A DNA stretch of 64,000 nt, from assembly GCA_040954595.2 (NCBI GenBank), contig CM082577.2:7527846-7591845 (forward strand), given 5' to 3'. A program made the position numbers and the translations under genes. This document shows, in pieces, positions 38,603-51,471 of the stretch (positions are counted from its first letter, which is position 1; each line of letters opens with the position of its first letter). The DNA is from Balanoglossus misakiensis. Taxonomy: Eukaryota > Animalia > Hemichordata. A model generated the notes under the pieces. The model had not been told where the DNA came from. It searched no databases and saw nothing but the letters and a program-made list of their open reading frames with translations.

Positions 38603-40727
38603 CATGCGTGAAATTAACTGTAAATTATTTTGGTGCGTTATTGTTTCTACAAAACTGCCACTGTACGGGGTTTTTTTTCAATACACACTCACAAGAGGCA
38701 CATGCATTTTGCCTTTTTGTGCAACTTTGGATAAACAAAACGAACAGCCTTGTGTCGTTCTACGTACATGTATGTGATCGATTCAGGTATGAGAGTGGAG
38801 GTTTAACAAAAGACGGCATCCTCGCTGTAGTCAACGATATTCTTCTTAACGTATTAGGCCAGAGTGTTTATACGATAATCAGGTTTGTAATTAGCGTGAA
38901 GCCCTTGGCAGGGCAAATTATTGTAGATAATCAATTCATGATATTTAATATCGTTATCTATTTACATCGCCAGCAGGCCAGAAAATTAGGCGAACGATAT
39001 TTCGGCGAATACGAGCGGTTTTTTTTTCCTGCGCCACCAAATTGCCATGTCACGCAAAGCAAACGAATTTGCCATCTGGTGTTGGCGAAGCGGTAACCCG
39101 TTAAATCGCACAGTCGAAGCGATCCCTTCGCGTGCTGCTTGACTGCTTACGTGTCTGATTCCGCGAAAGAGTTTGAAAAAAACGACAATGCGGTTTATCA
39201 TCGGCGTGCGTTAGAACTCAGAAGTCTTCCCGGCCGCTTCAGGATGGGGGGGGGGGATCTTGTGAATGCAAAAAGCGAATCATAAGCTCAAGTTCCCGAA
39301 ATCGATCAAGTTTCCCGAGACAAATTAAGAGGCAAATTACGCGCCACGGTGGTCGACCACGGTCGTGACGCGCGGACAAACTTGCCGCACTTCAAGAACT
39401 CCAGAACGAGTTGACCTTCAAACGCATGCACGATCAGCCGAGAGGCAGTAATTTGTCAGGCGTATCCGTTGCAAATTCATACAATAACACGGGTGCAATT
39501 CAATGCATACTTATTTACGGCCCGCGTTTAGTTGGTATTTCAGCCCGGCGCAAACTGTATCCACTTAAAGTAACACGGTACAGCGTCGTTATTCTATTTG
39601 AATGCATTAGTTGGACATATACCGTTCCCTCGGTAAGCGATCCGCACTCATTAAAATTGCAAGAGTTGTCTCGCCCGTTCCGCCCCAGCTTGTACGGGGA
39701 GAAGGGACATCTTTTGTTGATTTTATTTCCCAAACACTAAAACGCCATTTCAAGACGTCTTTTTTTCGGCTGTTCACTTTGTCAGCTTTTTAGTCGGTCG
39801 TCTGGAACGCCTCAAATGTGTCTGGTGCGCCTGTCAGCCAGCACAGAATGTCAACCAATCTCACATTGAATGAATGGTTAGGGAAATCGTTGTATAATTG
39901 GAATTAAAAATTAAGATTATTAAAATGTCTTTCGGTGACCTGCAATTATGCGTATGTCTGCGCTTTTTTAAAAAGAGTCTGATCCGATTTTCTGATTAAA
40001 ATTCGGTTTGTTCAGTTCCAGGGCGTTTCATTTCGCTGGTTTCCTGTTCGTATCCGCCGGATAAAGACTTCATGCCATTTGTGCATGTTGATTAAGGCCG
40101 AAACTTTTCTCCGGCGGGAAAAACACCGAGTTCACGCCTTTGTGAAGTAAGCTCTGCATAAATCACGGGAAACAGAAAAAAGGTGTTCACGGTACCAAAG
40201 GACTGTTATGCGAACTGTACATGTGTATGAGTGCATTCAGCAATTCGGTATGTTCGTCTCAAAAGACTATTTTTGAAGTGTAGGGCGAAACAGGTAAACC
40301 TCGATCGTAACTCATTTTGCCGCGAAATCCCCATTCTTAGTGCCCGGACATATCCCCGCGCACAAACATGTCACAGACGACATATTTTTATCGCCAGCTT
40401 ACGGCCTGTTTTTGCTTGAATGTGGGGGGGGGGGGATATGGTGTACCGTGCAGTAGCTAAAATACAACAACCGTGCACGTTTGTCGAGCAAAAATAACAA
40501 TGTAGGTGAGAGTGTCACAGTTAATAAAACCGAATTCCAGCACACCTGTTCGAGTTCGAACCATCACGTCAGAGTGGCCTTGCATTAAATTCTATAGTTG
40601 AACATTTCCACCATCGGTTATTGCTATATAAAGCAGCAAACTATATACTTATTTATACGAGACTGAATACAGATGTACGGGAAAGAAGGACGGGTTGAAA
40701 AAATTGAAAAGGAAAGTGTCAGCTTAC

Positions 40728-40889
40728 CGTTGGCAGATGGTAGCAGCGGATTTGTATTCGGTGCTGGCGACGACAGAGGGTTATGAACGAGGACGGTGAC
40801 TCGGCACTCAAGCAGGGTCGCAATTCCGTTGGCAAGGACACGTGTATTTCATTTTTCAGCGGCGTGCGGCGGAGAATCGGAGCCGAACT
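40728..40889 (-). other. Candidate non-coding (first) exon of a minus-strand transcript
   Basis: GC-rich ~160-nt block ending in a strong donor ACG|GTAAGC (GT at 40727-40726). It begins at TTTCAGTT, which is either an initiator or a splice acceptor. Its only ATG opens a 14-codon ORF (MKYTCPCQRNCDPA*). Confidence 0.45.
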
Positions 40890-40921
40890 GAAAGACGAAC
40901 GGTTCACATGTGACTATTTAA
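40886..40921 (-). promoter_or_regulatory. Candidate TATA-like box plus initiator core promoter
   Basis: Minus-strand TAAATA starts at 40920, 31 nt upstream of the A (40889) of an Inr-type TCAGTT. An E-box CACATGTG lies between them. Confidence 0.4.
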
Positions 40922-42067
40922 TCAAACTTCACGCCCTCTAGCGCCTCGATTTCGATATTCAAATCAGCTCAGCCTGCGGCACTGCATGGGAAAACAGATT
41001 TTATTCGCCACATTTGTTGTGGCCGGGTGCAATCAGAAGGTTTCAACTGTAGCATAGAATTCAGCTGTTTGTCCTACTGTTAATATTTGTTTGTCTAAAA
41101 GACGCCGAGTAGAAAAAAATCAACTTATATCATTGTTTTCACGGCCAATTTGACTCACCAAAGACAGAATGTGACACCAACATATACCGTACATTTTCAG
41201 GAGGCTGGTCTATTGAAAACGATGCGTTTTTGGTTAATGCATCTTTTCTATATCATCATAATTTTACTAGTAAATACTGGTTGATATCACTGTCTAATAT
41301 ATTGTACCTCCTTCGAAAAGAGATTATATTTAATTGGAAAACGTATGACCTACTTTCGTTCTTTGACAGATGAACGCTCAACAGATATGAAAACTGAAGA
41401 TTAAACAACGATTAAATTTACATTAAGTTTTACCAAGACGCGTTATCTACACTCAGTGTAATTATAAAACAAACAGACTTTAATTTCCTAAAAGTAGGAC
41501 ATTCTCCACCACTTAAAATGTATCGCCCCTTAAGCATCATACATAAATCCACTTGAATGGTCTGTTATTGCACTCAGCTGTCTTAATTTCCTCACTAACG
41601 TTACATTTCAGGTTTCTATTTTCAATTGCGCTTGGCATCCCGGAGAAATCCAATGCAAGGTTATTTTCGAACAGAGAAAAGAAAACCTAGCGACATCCTT
41701 AGCGGTAGAAAAATTAGGGCAGTTTGGTAACGGACCCGACACTTGCCGATCGTCGGCTGACCCTCACTGCTGTCACTATCAATATTGATTCGCACAAGAC
41801 TTCTTGCAGCAACAGCATTACATCGGGTGCAGTAGGAGACGTAAGTCTCCAGAATGACCCCCCCCCCCCCCGGTAATCTTAGTGTACATCAGAGATTGAG
41901 AACCACGATATCACAGCCACAGCATTCGCCATCTATATAAAGTGATATACACACTACTCAGTATTGTAAATGGATGGAAATGCCGGCCAGAAAAGATCAC
42001 GCTCAATGCCACGCTAAATTCTTGACGAACACGGTCCCTTTGTCTTTGGAGCTACTTGACTGATCAG

Positions 42068-42160
42068 TGTCTCTGCCTGTCTATCTGCCTGTATGCCTGT
42101 CTGTCTATCTGTATATTTGTCTGTCTCTCTCCTCGCTCTGTCTGTCTGTCTGTCTGCCTG

Positions 42161-42196
<36 letters not shown>

Positions 42197-42216
42197 CCCC
42201 CTTCTCTCTCTCTCTC
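42068..42216 (+). repeat. Degenerate (TGTC)n/(TC)n microsatellite
   Basis: Direct reading. Confidence 0.9.
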
Positions 42217-44667
42217 ACGCAATAAACATTGTCGTCATTGTATAGACTCTCTACAACAGACATCTGCCAAGCTCTCAACACTATTATCAAATTTTCCAAC
42301 TTGATCGTTGGAGCATGACAAAAAGTATTACACGTTTGGTTTCTGTGATGTTTCTGTAAAAGGGGTCACTTAACACTGAAAACATCTCAGGTCATAGTAG
42401 ATGTTACGTCACATAAGATGACTAAATTGCCTGCATGAACGAGTGTTCATTGTAAATTGCTGAAAAAACCGTGACTTAAGGTAGGGTTTTACTCAACATT
42501 TCCTGATTTTTATATGCTGTATACCAATAGATCTAAACATTTAAAAAAAAATAGTAAATAAGGTGACTGTTCTCATCTTACATTTTCAATGAGAGGTTTC
42601 AAAATATGGTGTAAAATGCTGAGTCAGTATTTATCCTCACTCCCTGAGCTACAGTTTCTATCTGAACGCCTGTATCACAAAATCAAGTACATGTATGGTT
42701 ACATGGTGTTTACTTTTATAACAAGTGTCTCTTTTTGCCACCTTGTGTGAACATGACAAGGAATGACAATATTAGGAAATCCTTTTCTCGAGTATTTCAT
42801 ACAAGTCTATGGGATGTCACAACTACACACTGTCTCTGGGTAGTCCATACCTTGGACAATTCTGGAAACTGGGATATTTCTATACTAGTGTCTAATATGC
42901 CTCGCTGAAAAGATAACGTAACTGCCTTCCCTCGAAGTCTGTCACAGTTAGTATTTTAAATTTGATTGGACATAAGTTTAAGTCGAGGAGGGATAGCACT
43001 GTAAACGCAAGTAACCTTGCCTTGAATATAATCTCACGCCCAATCAACAGATGGTCAGATTCTGTGATTGACTTCAAGCTGCAAAAACGAACCTGCCATC
43101 TTTCGACCGTAAAAAAAACGACAACTTTGTATGACGGTGATGTGGATGATAGTCGCCGATCGTGAAGTTCATTCGAGTTCATCATCGTAAATAGATATTA
43201 CTTGCAACGAAACAGATGTAGTTCGTTTTTCAATTTGACCACCTGAATGTTATTTTTACAGGCGAGACAGATCCTTTTTTTATATATTTCGACTCGGGAA
43301 GTCGGATCAACAAGGTCTCTGTGGACGTTGCGATCGGTCATCCTGTAAAGCTAGTAAATTATTCCGCCCTCACGGCGTGACTAATTGCAATTTGACGGTA
43401 TCATGGCTCGGGTACTGATGAATGGCCACCTCAAATGACTTCTGACTCCCAGCGCTAATGAAGGAGTGTTAGCTCCGTGTGTGCCTGCGATGTTAATGTG
43501 TGTCTGACGTGCGTCTGGTGTAAACCAAGCCGTGGAGAGAGAGAGAAAGTTAACTCGGGCGGCATCCTCACTTCGTGTGCACTGTTCTTTTAGCGTTAAC
43601 TTCAGTCTCCATTTCACTAAACTCACAAAATTCATGTATTTATACGCTGAGTATGTACCGTATAGCTACTACAACTATTCGACAATGTCGGAAAATTCGG
43701 CTACCCCATCTGAAATACGCCACTACATGTACTGCAAAAGCCCAGAAGATTCAGTTTAATACACATCCGCTGCATGGAACATACTTCTGCTATGAAAAAC
43801 AATTGGATCAAAGTTCACACTTCTTGTTAAAGTTTCACGAAAAGTATAATAATGTTTAAAATATAATAACGGATTGGAAAAAACAGTAATTTAGCAAAAC
43901 CATTGGTCTCTAGGGGAGTGGAATGTCAACGTTCAGTGCTAAAGGTTGACCGACCTTACTATAAGCTGCTGGCCTGCTGCTGTTAGCAATTTAAAGAAAT
44001 AAAGGGGATATTGTGACTTCAAGTGTAGTGCAAAAGCGTGTACTCATCGAGATTTTAATCCGGTGTATTACTGTGATGGAGATCTTGTGTTGTGGGTTTA
44101 AACGTAGATCTTCCTACAATAATGCGCGGATTCATGTCTGAGTACAGCATAGAAGATTGCGCAATTATTACCTATTGGATGAAATTGTGGCAGCCTATGT
44201 GTAGCTACGCCAGAACAGCCTACGTCACGCATATGGCCAGACTGCAGAAAGAAATTCGACAATCTGATCACTCTCTCGTACACATTCCGAGTTAAAAAGT
44301 TGCACGACCTATCTTCTATAAGAGCAAATCAATAACAATTCCTGTTATCTTTCAAAGTCACTCAATAGTATAATGTTCATAATTTAGGATTCTTGAGGTA
44401 AGCGTTTGTTTCAAACGTTAACAGTGTAAGAAAATAGAAACGGGGAAATTTCCCTCTCACGGCTTGATAAAGATTTATTAGTTCGTCAAGTGATGCGGCA
44501 GACGATAAGGGAATACGTGTCAGTCAGAAAATCTGGCCGCGGTTCAAAACTTGTAGTGTACCAAAGTGTGCAGTACAATCAGATTAGAAAAAGAGTAAAG
44601 GTGACTTAATAAATCATTGGAGCAAACGGTTGCTACTTCTACGTCTGAAGTCACGAATATGAACTAA

Positions 44668-44824
44668 GTCTCTGTATATCTCTCTCTGTGCCGGTCTCTC
44701 TCTATCTGTCTCTGTCTCCCTGTCTCTGTTTCTCTCTCTGCCTCCATCCTCTCAAGTCTGCCTGTCTATCACGCTCTCGCGCTCCCCTCTCCCTCTCCCT
44801 CTCCCTCTCCCCTTCTCTCACACA
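44668..44824 (+). repeat. Pyrimidine-rich low-complexity tract, (TC)n and (CTCTCC)n
   Basis: Direct reading. Confidence 0.85.
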
Positions 44825-47800
44825 CTCGGTACTTATTTTGACGCGCTGATGGTGAAGTGATGTGCCTGAGTCAGCTTTAATAATTTAAGATTTAAGATTG
44901 TTATCCCCGTTATTGGCACGTCTACCCAGAGTGTTTTGATGGCAACAAGAAGACTTCAGCTACAACAATGCAATTTTCTCACAGGTATGAAATATCAGGC
45001 GCGGCATGAACAACTACTGTCTATATGAACGTGGGCAATGCAAAATGTCAATAGGCAAAAAAAACGCAGCTGGCGCAGATTCTATTGCCTGGGGACGTTT
45101 CCTTTCTCGCCCTCATTGAAAAGGTTCACGAAGCCTGCGGATTGGATGTGGTGAACGGTTTCATCTTTACTTTTCCTGTCAGAGAATTGATCCTATTCGC
45201 GTTCTGCGCAAGTCCTGCTTGATTCGTTCTCGGCAGCGTTGGACAAAACTGCTGTGTCCCGCTTGGTGCAATCGTCGGCTCTCCCACTGGTCACATGTCA
45301 AAAGCAGGAGCCGGTTTCTAAGACACGAACCCGACATGCGCACTGTGCTGTGCGTTACTTGGAGTCTCAGCCTCCTTTCAAGTGATTCTCCAGTCATCTG
45401 ACATTTTTCCATCTAAACGTTTATTGCTTTTCAACGTCGCGTGTTGAAGAAAAATCTATTAGGCTAAATATATAACTCCGAGGTGCATGTTAGTCTGTCG
45501 GGTCACATATGCGAACAAGATATTGTGATTATCGTGTGGGTTTATGCGGCAATTACCACGGGTCGCTTTTGGTGTCAACTTTGACTATAAAAGTACACAA
45601 TGTCAAGCTTTAGGACGGTTTACACGTAGGGGTTAATCTTCTTACAGGCATTACATCGCCAAATGCCAATACCGTGCATATCGAAGCGTCGTTTTCTTGC
45701 TCAGAACACGGTACACATATCTGAGAACGCGATTGCTCGTAATATATAACCAGTGTGTGGAAAGGTGCGGCCGTTTATTTCAGTTTAGTGGATTTTTATC
45801 GGGCATTTCACTGCGTGTTTACTAATAGATCTGAGCGGCGTGTGTTCTCGCGAACCGTTAAGCAATACAGTTCCCTAGGGTGCATGGAGAACTTGGTATA
45901 TTGTGAATGCATTTCTACCACAAGCGCCAACGGGAGTACACTTCCTGTTACATTCAGATATCATAGCGTCCAGCTTTTAACATCCACATCAAAAAAGTAC
46001 ACGTTGGGAAGCAGTTTATCGAGTTGACATCGTGCGCCACTTCTAGTGAACAATGCGCACGCCAAAAGTGACGTCATGATTGATTGGAAACCCTCTTTTG
46101 AAAATCAAAAATGCTGTACAGTCTGAACTTCGTGCAACCTGGTCTTGTTGTTTTCAATAAAAAAATATTGGACTACGAGTGGCGTTCGGTCGACGGTGAT
46201 TACAGTTATCTCCGCATTTAAATGAAGCCCGATAAAATAGTCAATAAAAACATACAATTCAGGGCGGCCATATGGTTTGAAACATGGGGCTTATTGATTA
46301 CCTTTACAAATGCGAAATTGTGGAAAGTTCTCTCTGGCACGAGAAGCGCCCTCTACAGGTAAAATTGCCCACTGTCTGGTTGCCATGTAAGCGCGATTCT
46401 GTCAGCGGCGAGGGGGGGGGGGGAGTAATTAACATTCTTCGCAAAGCGCTTTCTAAACAACCACGTCTATGTCTTTCTACATCCCCGCTTTGTGCACAAA
46501 ACTGTTCAATCATCAACAATACTAAACACCGACTCTTACCTTGTTGCGTCGCAACACGTTTCCATAGCAATACTCAACAATGGTTCTTCAAACATGACCG
46601 CGTTTAATTCGTCTGACAGCGACCAGAACTCGATACATACATTACTCTCGTTCTTGATGCTCCAGTATCATTCTTTGATGATTATTGATTTTGTCCTAGA
46701 AAAAAATATATAATAGACCTTTAATTACAATCATACACAAACACACTCGACTCCAATGATGTACATGTAGATGGGTATGAACACGCGTGTGAACTACAGA
46801 CTAGTGATGCACCGAACTTGTGCAGATAGCGCCCCTATACATAAAGTAATGGAACGACAACTGAGAACGTTTTTTTTGTGATATCATGGAGACTGTACGT
46901 ATCGCATTGTTTCTAGATCGTCGTGTGCGTGCGATGTGTGTACATGGTGGCAATAAAATGACCCCAGGATACGCCACGTTATTTTACTGTCTGATTAATG
47001 CTCAGGTTGTCTGCAAATCCAATGTAGGTCGCGGTAATGCAAAGAAAAACGATTATTGTTCGAATACCAATCTGTACCAATCTATACATAGGCCTAAATG
47101 ATATATAACGTGTTACATGTTGGTTTTTCAAAGGTGCGTATACGTGCTGCAAGACTGCTCGCACACGCGTAGAGATAACGAGTTCGTTGCTGTGCGTTTG
47201 TGAATTGTGAAATAGGCCAAGCGGAAGATCGGCGTGAACTGTGGTCGTTTGGAGCCTAGGTGTCCACGCGTATACGTATCCACATATTGAATGGCCACAA
47301 TGGAGGTAATCAACGAAGAGCATAGCCAGATTTGCCAGGCGAAGTGGAACCGCTACTCGGTGTACTTAATGAAGCAGAGGTCAATCAAAGCTTTCATTTT
47401 TTTCAAGTTGTAGAACTTGGTCTTAATTTTGGTTCTTGATTTGCTCAGCAACCGTGACTAGGTAACGCGGCTTCTGGAATTGAGCGTGGGAGTTTGTTTC
47501 GCGTCTCTTTATTTGAGCAAAAGCTGTTCGTCGTGCAGATAAATCACTTGCAATTACAGCTTGAGGCGACGTTTGCTTCGCGATGGTTCTTATTGGTAGC
47601 TCGACTTCGGTTTGTATCCTCCAATGTTTCCACTGGCGCCATCAACGCCCAAAATGAGACTAAGCACGCGTATTCCGTGAAGCGAGAAATCGATCGGTCA
47701 ATGTTTGGCTGCGTTTGTCGTCTGGTGGCGCTGCACACGTCCCATCAGTCAGTTTGCCACCATACACTTCAGGTGCAACAAAAAGCGATATATGCAAATC

Positions 47801-50242
47801 TTTACAAAATACCCATATTGCATAAATAAACGTGGCATTCGTCCATCACCAAAAAGTATTTACATATGGGCTCAGTAATCATACACGCCCACAACAATCG
47901 AATCGACATGGACAGACAGAAATGCTTGTGTGATGAGAAGTAGTTCAAATACTGGTAAAAAATACTGAAACACAAAGCGGAGTAGTGACAGACGTGTATG
48001 TTGACAGAACGATACACACACCGACAGGAATAACCTCCTTAGAGTTTAGAGTGCATTCAAAACATAATGAAGCATCAATTATTTGCGTTGCGCAGCCATG
48101 TGGTATGCGTGAAAGCGAAGGCCAACGTAAGCGGAAAATAAACGAGGCATTAATTTAGAATTGGCAGCCATACAATACACAACACTGACATGATTTCATC
48201 ATTGTATATTGCAAGGTCATCAGTGACTTTGTGTCCCTAGCGGAAGAGCGAATTCTGTTCACGTTGATTAGATGTTTGTCGTTTGGTCCACCACGGCAGC
48301 TGAAATTAGACCGCAATGTAGACTTCATTTTTTTCAGATGTTTTCCTTTCTGGAAGTGATCGCGATTGGTAGCATCCAGTTCAAATTTATCCAACTGATA
48401 TGCGAGATTACTTGGACCCAGGATCGATAAACATTTCGATGCTTCAAATGGAAAAAGGGACAACCTTTTCAAGATTCACCTGATATAACATATACTCAAC
48501 AGATCTAGAGAAGACTACAGCGATTGCCCGGCAACGTCATTAAAGGGTGAACTATTTGATATCCTAGGGGTCCACGGCATATTCAAAATGCGTTGAATGT
48601 TTTAGCCACAATCTCTGCCAAATGGTTTCTTTTATGTCAAATTATTAAAATCAACTAGGTCAAGTACCGGCCATCTTGTAAACTGTGGTGTTTAGCATTG
48701 CCATACCACTCTTTGCCTCTTGTTTATCGTTCTACCCATGCCTCTTAACTTCCAGAACCGAATAATTTACCGGCGTTTCCAATGCAATACGTTGTGGGCT
48801 CACCTGCAGCGAACGGCTTCATTTTCAGAGAAACTGTTTCTCTTGTCCATCCATGATGATGTAGCGGTGCCGCCAATTGGTCAATTCAGCAGGCTATTTT
48901 CGAAGTCGCTGATATTCAACGGTTTTCATTTGCCAATGGGGCGAAGAAAACGAAACTCTTTCCGTGTGTAGTCTCCCTTGTTGAGATAAGACAAGCTCAG
49001 TTTCCCAGTGCCAAGGGTCGATGGAATTACTGAAGCACGTACATGTACGTAGATCAACTCTGCAACAACTTGCAGCATGCGCCATGTTCTCGAGGGAAAT
49101 GGAGCAAGCACGCTTCCAGTGAAAATATGCAAACATCTGTTTACTTTTTTCAACCAATCAGAAATAGATTCTGACATTCAAATTAACAAAGGTGCTCAGC
49201 ACGTCACCGCTTATTGTTGAAAATATTTGCAAAGTTATCAAATCACCATGGCCATTGTTTCTACATGAGATGTTCAACCAGGTGGTGGATGGCTACTAGT
49301 TGTTTTATAACATTTGCTAATCCACGTTTTTCTCACGGCAAAACATGGCCCGAAAGAAAGCTTGGCTTTTTTACAGTAAACTATACGTTTCATTCCGTTG
49401 CCGTTAACTTCCATGCCCTCGGTCGCTCCATATACACATTTTGACGCGTACAATTTCATTGACACTTGTATCATGTGCCAAAAATCATGAGCGTAACTGT
49501 TAATGAACAAGCAAACTGATAATTGACATAATGGACTCCCAAAAATGCGTCAACGGAAATGGATTGATCTTGTTGCATACGTTGGGTATAAATTTACATC
49601 TTCACTGTTACGTTAATTAATAAGAGATCAGTGATTGTACTATTAGTACCAGAGACGCCCTTTATTATTGTCTTACATTGTTCGATACACTGTAGATGGA
49701 TACCAGAGGAAAATCAAAGTAACTGTACGTGTTAAAAATGCAAATTGGGGCGAAACTATATTCGGTGATGTCTCAATGATTAAAATTCCACACAATTCAG
49801 CAACATCAATTTGTTTCAGGTGTTGGTTTAGGGAAATGACCAGCAGGCAGGTAGCGAAGGTCCCGGGGACAATTTAATCGACTGGCAGGGGTGAAGGTAA
49901 ATACAGAATGAATTTTTCATCGCGGTCTTCCGTCGTCGAAGTAAATTTTGAAGCGGTTGTCTTCCCCAGTGGACTTCGATGTACACGGTTTTTTCATTAA
50001 AGGACATACGTTGCTCATTTCAGTTCGTTTGTATTCCGTGATTTGCCACAGCTTTGGACACGACAGATGTGTCGTGTACGTGATAGTCTATCCGAGAAGT
50101 TATTTGAGCCAGACTAGCTTTGCATTCATGCTCACAGAGACAAGGGGATCAGGTGACGCAGGGAAATGTTTTTATAATAAGAGTCTCCGTCATTCAAAGT
50201 TACACTCACGATTTCACTCAAATGGTTACATGTAGATTCTAT

Positions 50243-50323
50243 CAACAGCACAGCACACCGCATCACATCAGAGCAGAGCAGAGCACGACACAACCCAGCA
50301 CAACACTACACAACACAGCACCG
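50243..50323 (+). repeat. Degenerate pentanucleotide repeat (CAGCA/GAGCA/CAACA)
   Basis: Five-base periodicity read directly. Confidence 0.8.
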
Positions 50324-51423
50324 CGGCATATTAATGTGGAATCAATGTAAACAGGTAAAGTCGAAACTCCATAAGCGCCCTCTATGCCAACATTTCACTC
50401 ACCTGTCTCCCGAGGTTTGCGTGCTAATATTGACAGCTACATGTACGTAATTTTTTTATTCGGCGCAATAAAAATTGACGGGCAGCCGTTTGATTCTTAT
50501 GGCATTCTACTTAAATAAGAAAAGGACGTTGTAACATATAGTTTTGCTCGGTCTGATCCTATTGTCCTACATCCGAAATTTATTTTTTAAGAGTCCGACA
50601 TTGCTCCACTTTTCAAAACACGTCTGTGAAGCATATTATAAGGTTTTTATCGGTTGAGAATTCTCTCCACTAGACGTGAAGTGTAAGTTACGAAATTCAG
50701 CGGAGCACAGCGTCCAGTGACGTGTGCCTGTGTCGCCGGATATGCCCTAATGCAGTAACAACACAGCCTCATTGCGAATGACATGCCTGATTTGCGTTAC
50801 ACTATATCACTGTCATTTCCAATATACCCAGCTTCATCTGCTGTATTGCCGTTTGGCATTTACTTCACCCCGGCCAAATAAAAAATAAGTACACGTGAAA
50901 AAAAACAAGATTCAAACGACGTCTTTTTTTAATCATGTCCGTGATTCTGACTGCACGTTAGTGAAAACCAATATCAGGGTCCCCAGATGGCGCGAATTAT
51001 TTTACAATATGTAGTGAATTAAGACCATCGCGAACCTGGAAAAAATTCATCGGTTTGTTTCCGCTGAACCAGACTAGCGTAGACTTGTGATTATGGTGTC
51101 TCAGAATATTTTACGGGTTTTTTTCATGCTTTTATTTCTGCAGGACAACAAGACCTCGACCGTGCAGCATCGGCGGCGCCCGCACATCACGTCTCCCTCG
51201 TCATCGGAGACTCAATAGCCCAGACCACACGACCAGCCGTATTCATCAACAAGAGTATTTTTTTTTCTGATTTGTGTTATCTCTCGTGGACTGTTATTTA
51301 AGGTTAATTCACGTAACATTCTCCAAAATCATTATTCCACTCGCCTGGTCTGATTAAAGAACCTCCATAAAATATCTGTCTCAAAGCATACAATTTCTCA
51401 TCCAGTCTGAAATGAGCGTGAAC

Positions 51424-51471
51424 TCAGAACGAGGCCCGTCGAAGCGAATCGGTATCAGAACGAGGCCTGTC
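51424..51471 (+). repeat. Short direct repeat TCAGAACGAGGCCYGTC, period 31 bp
   Basis: Copies at 51424 and 51455 match at 16 of 17 positions. Confidence 0.8.

Noticed and set aside
38560-39096. 178-aa ORF, the longest in the track
   Set aside because: It has a non-ATG start inside a tandem duplication, low-information composition and no motifs.
42357-42902. Possible Kolobok-like non-autonomous element
   Set aside because: It has a repeat-like texture, but the putative inverted ends match poorly and there is no TTAA duplication.
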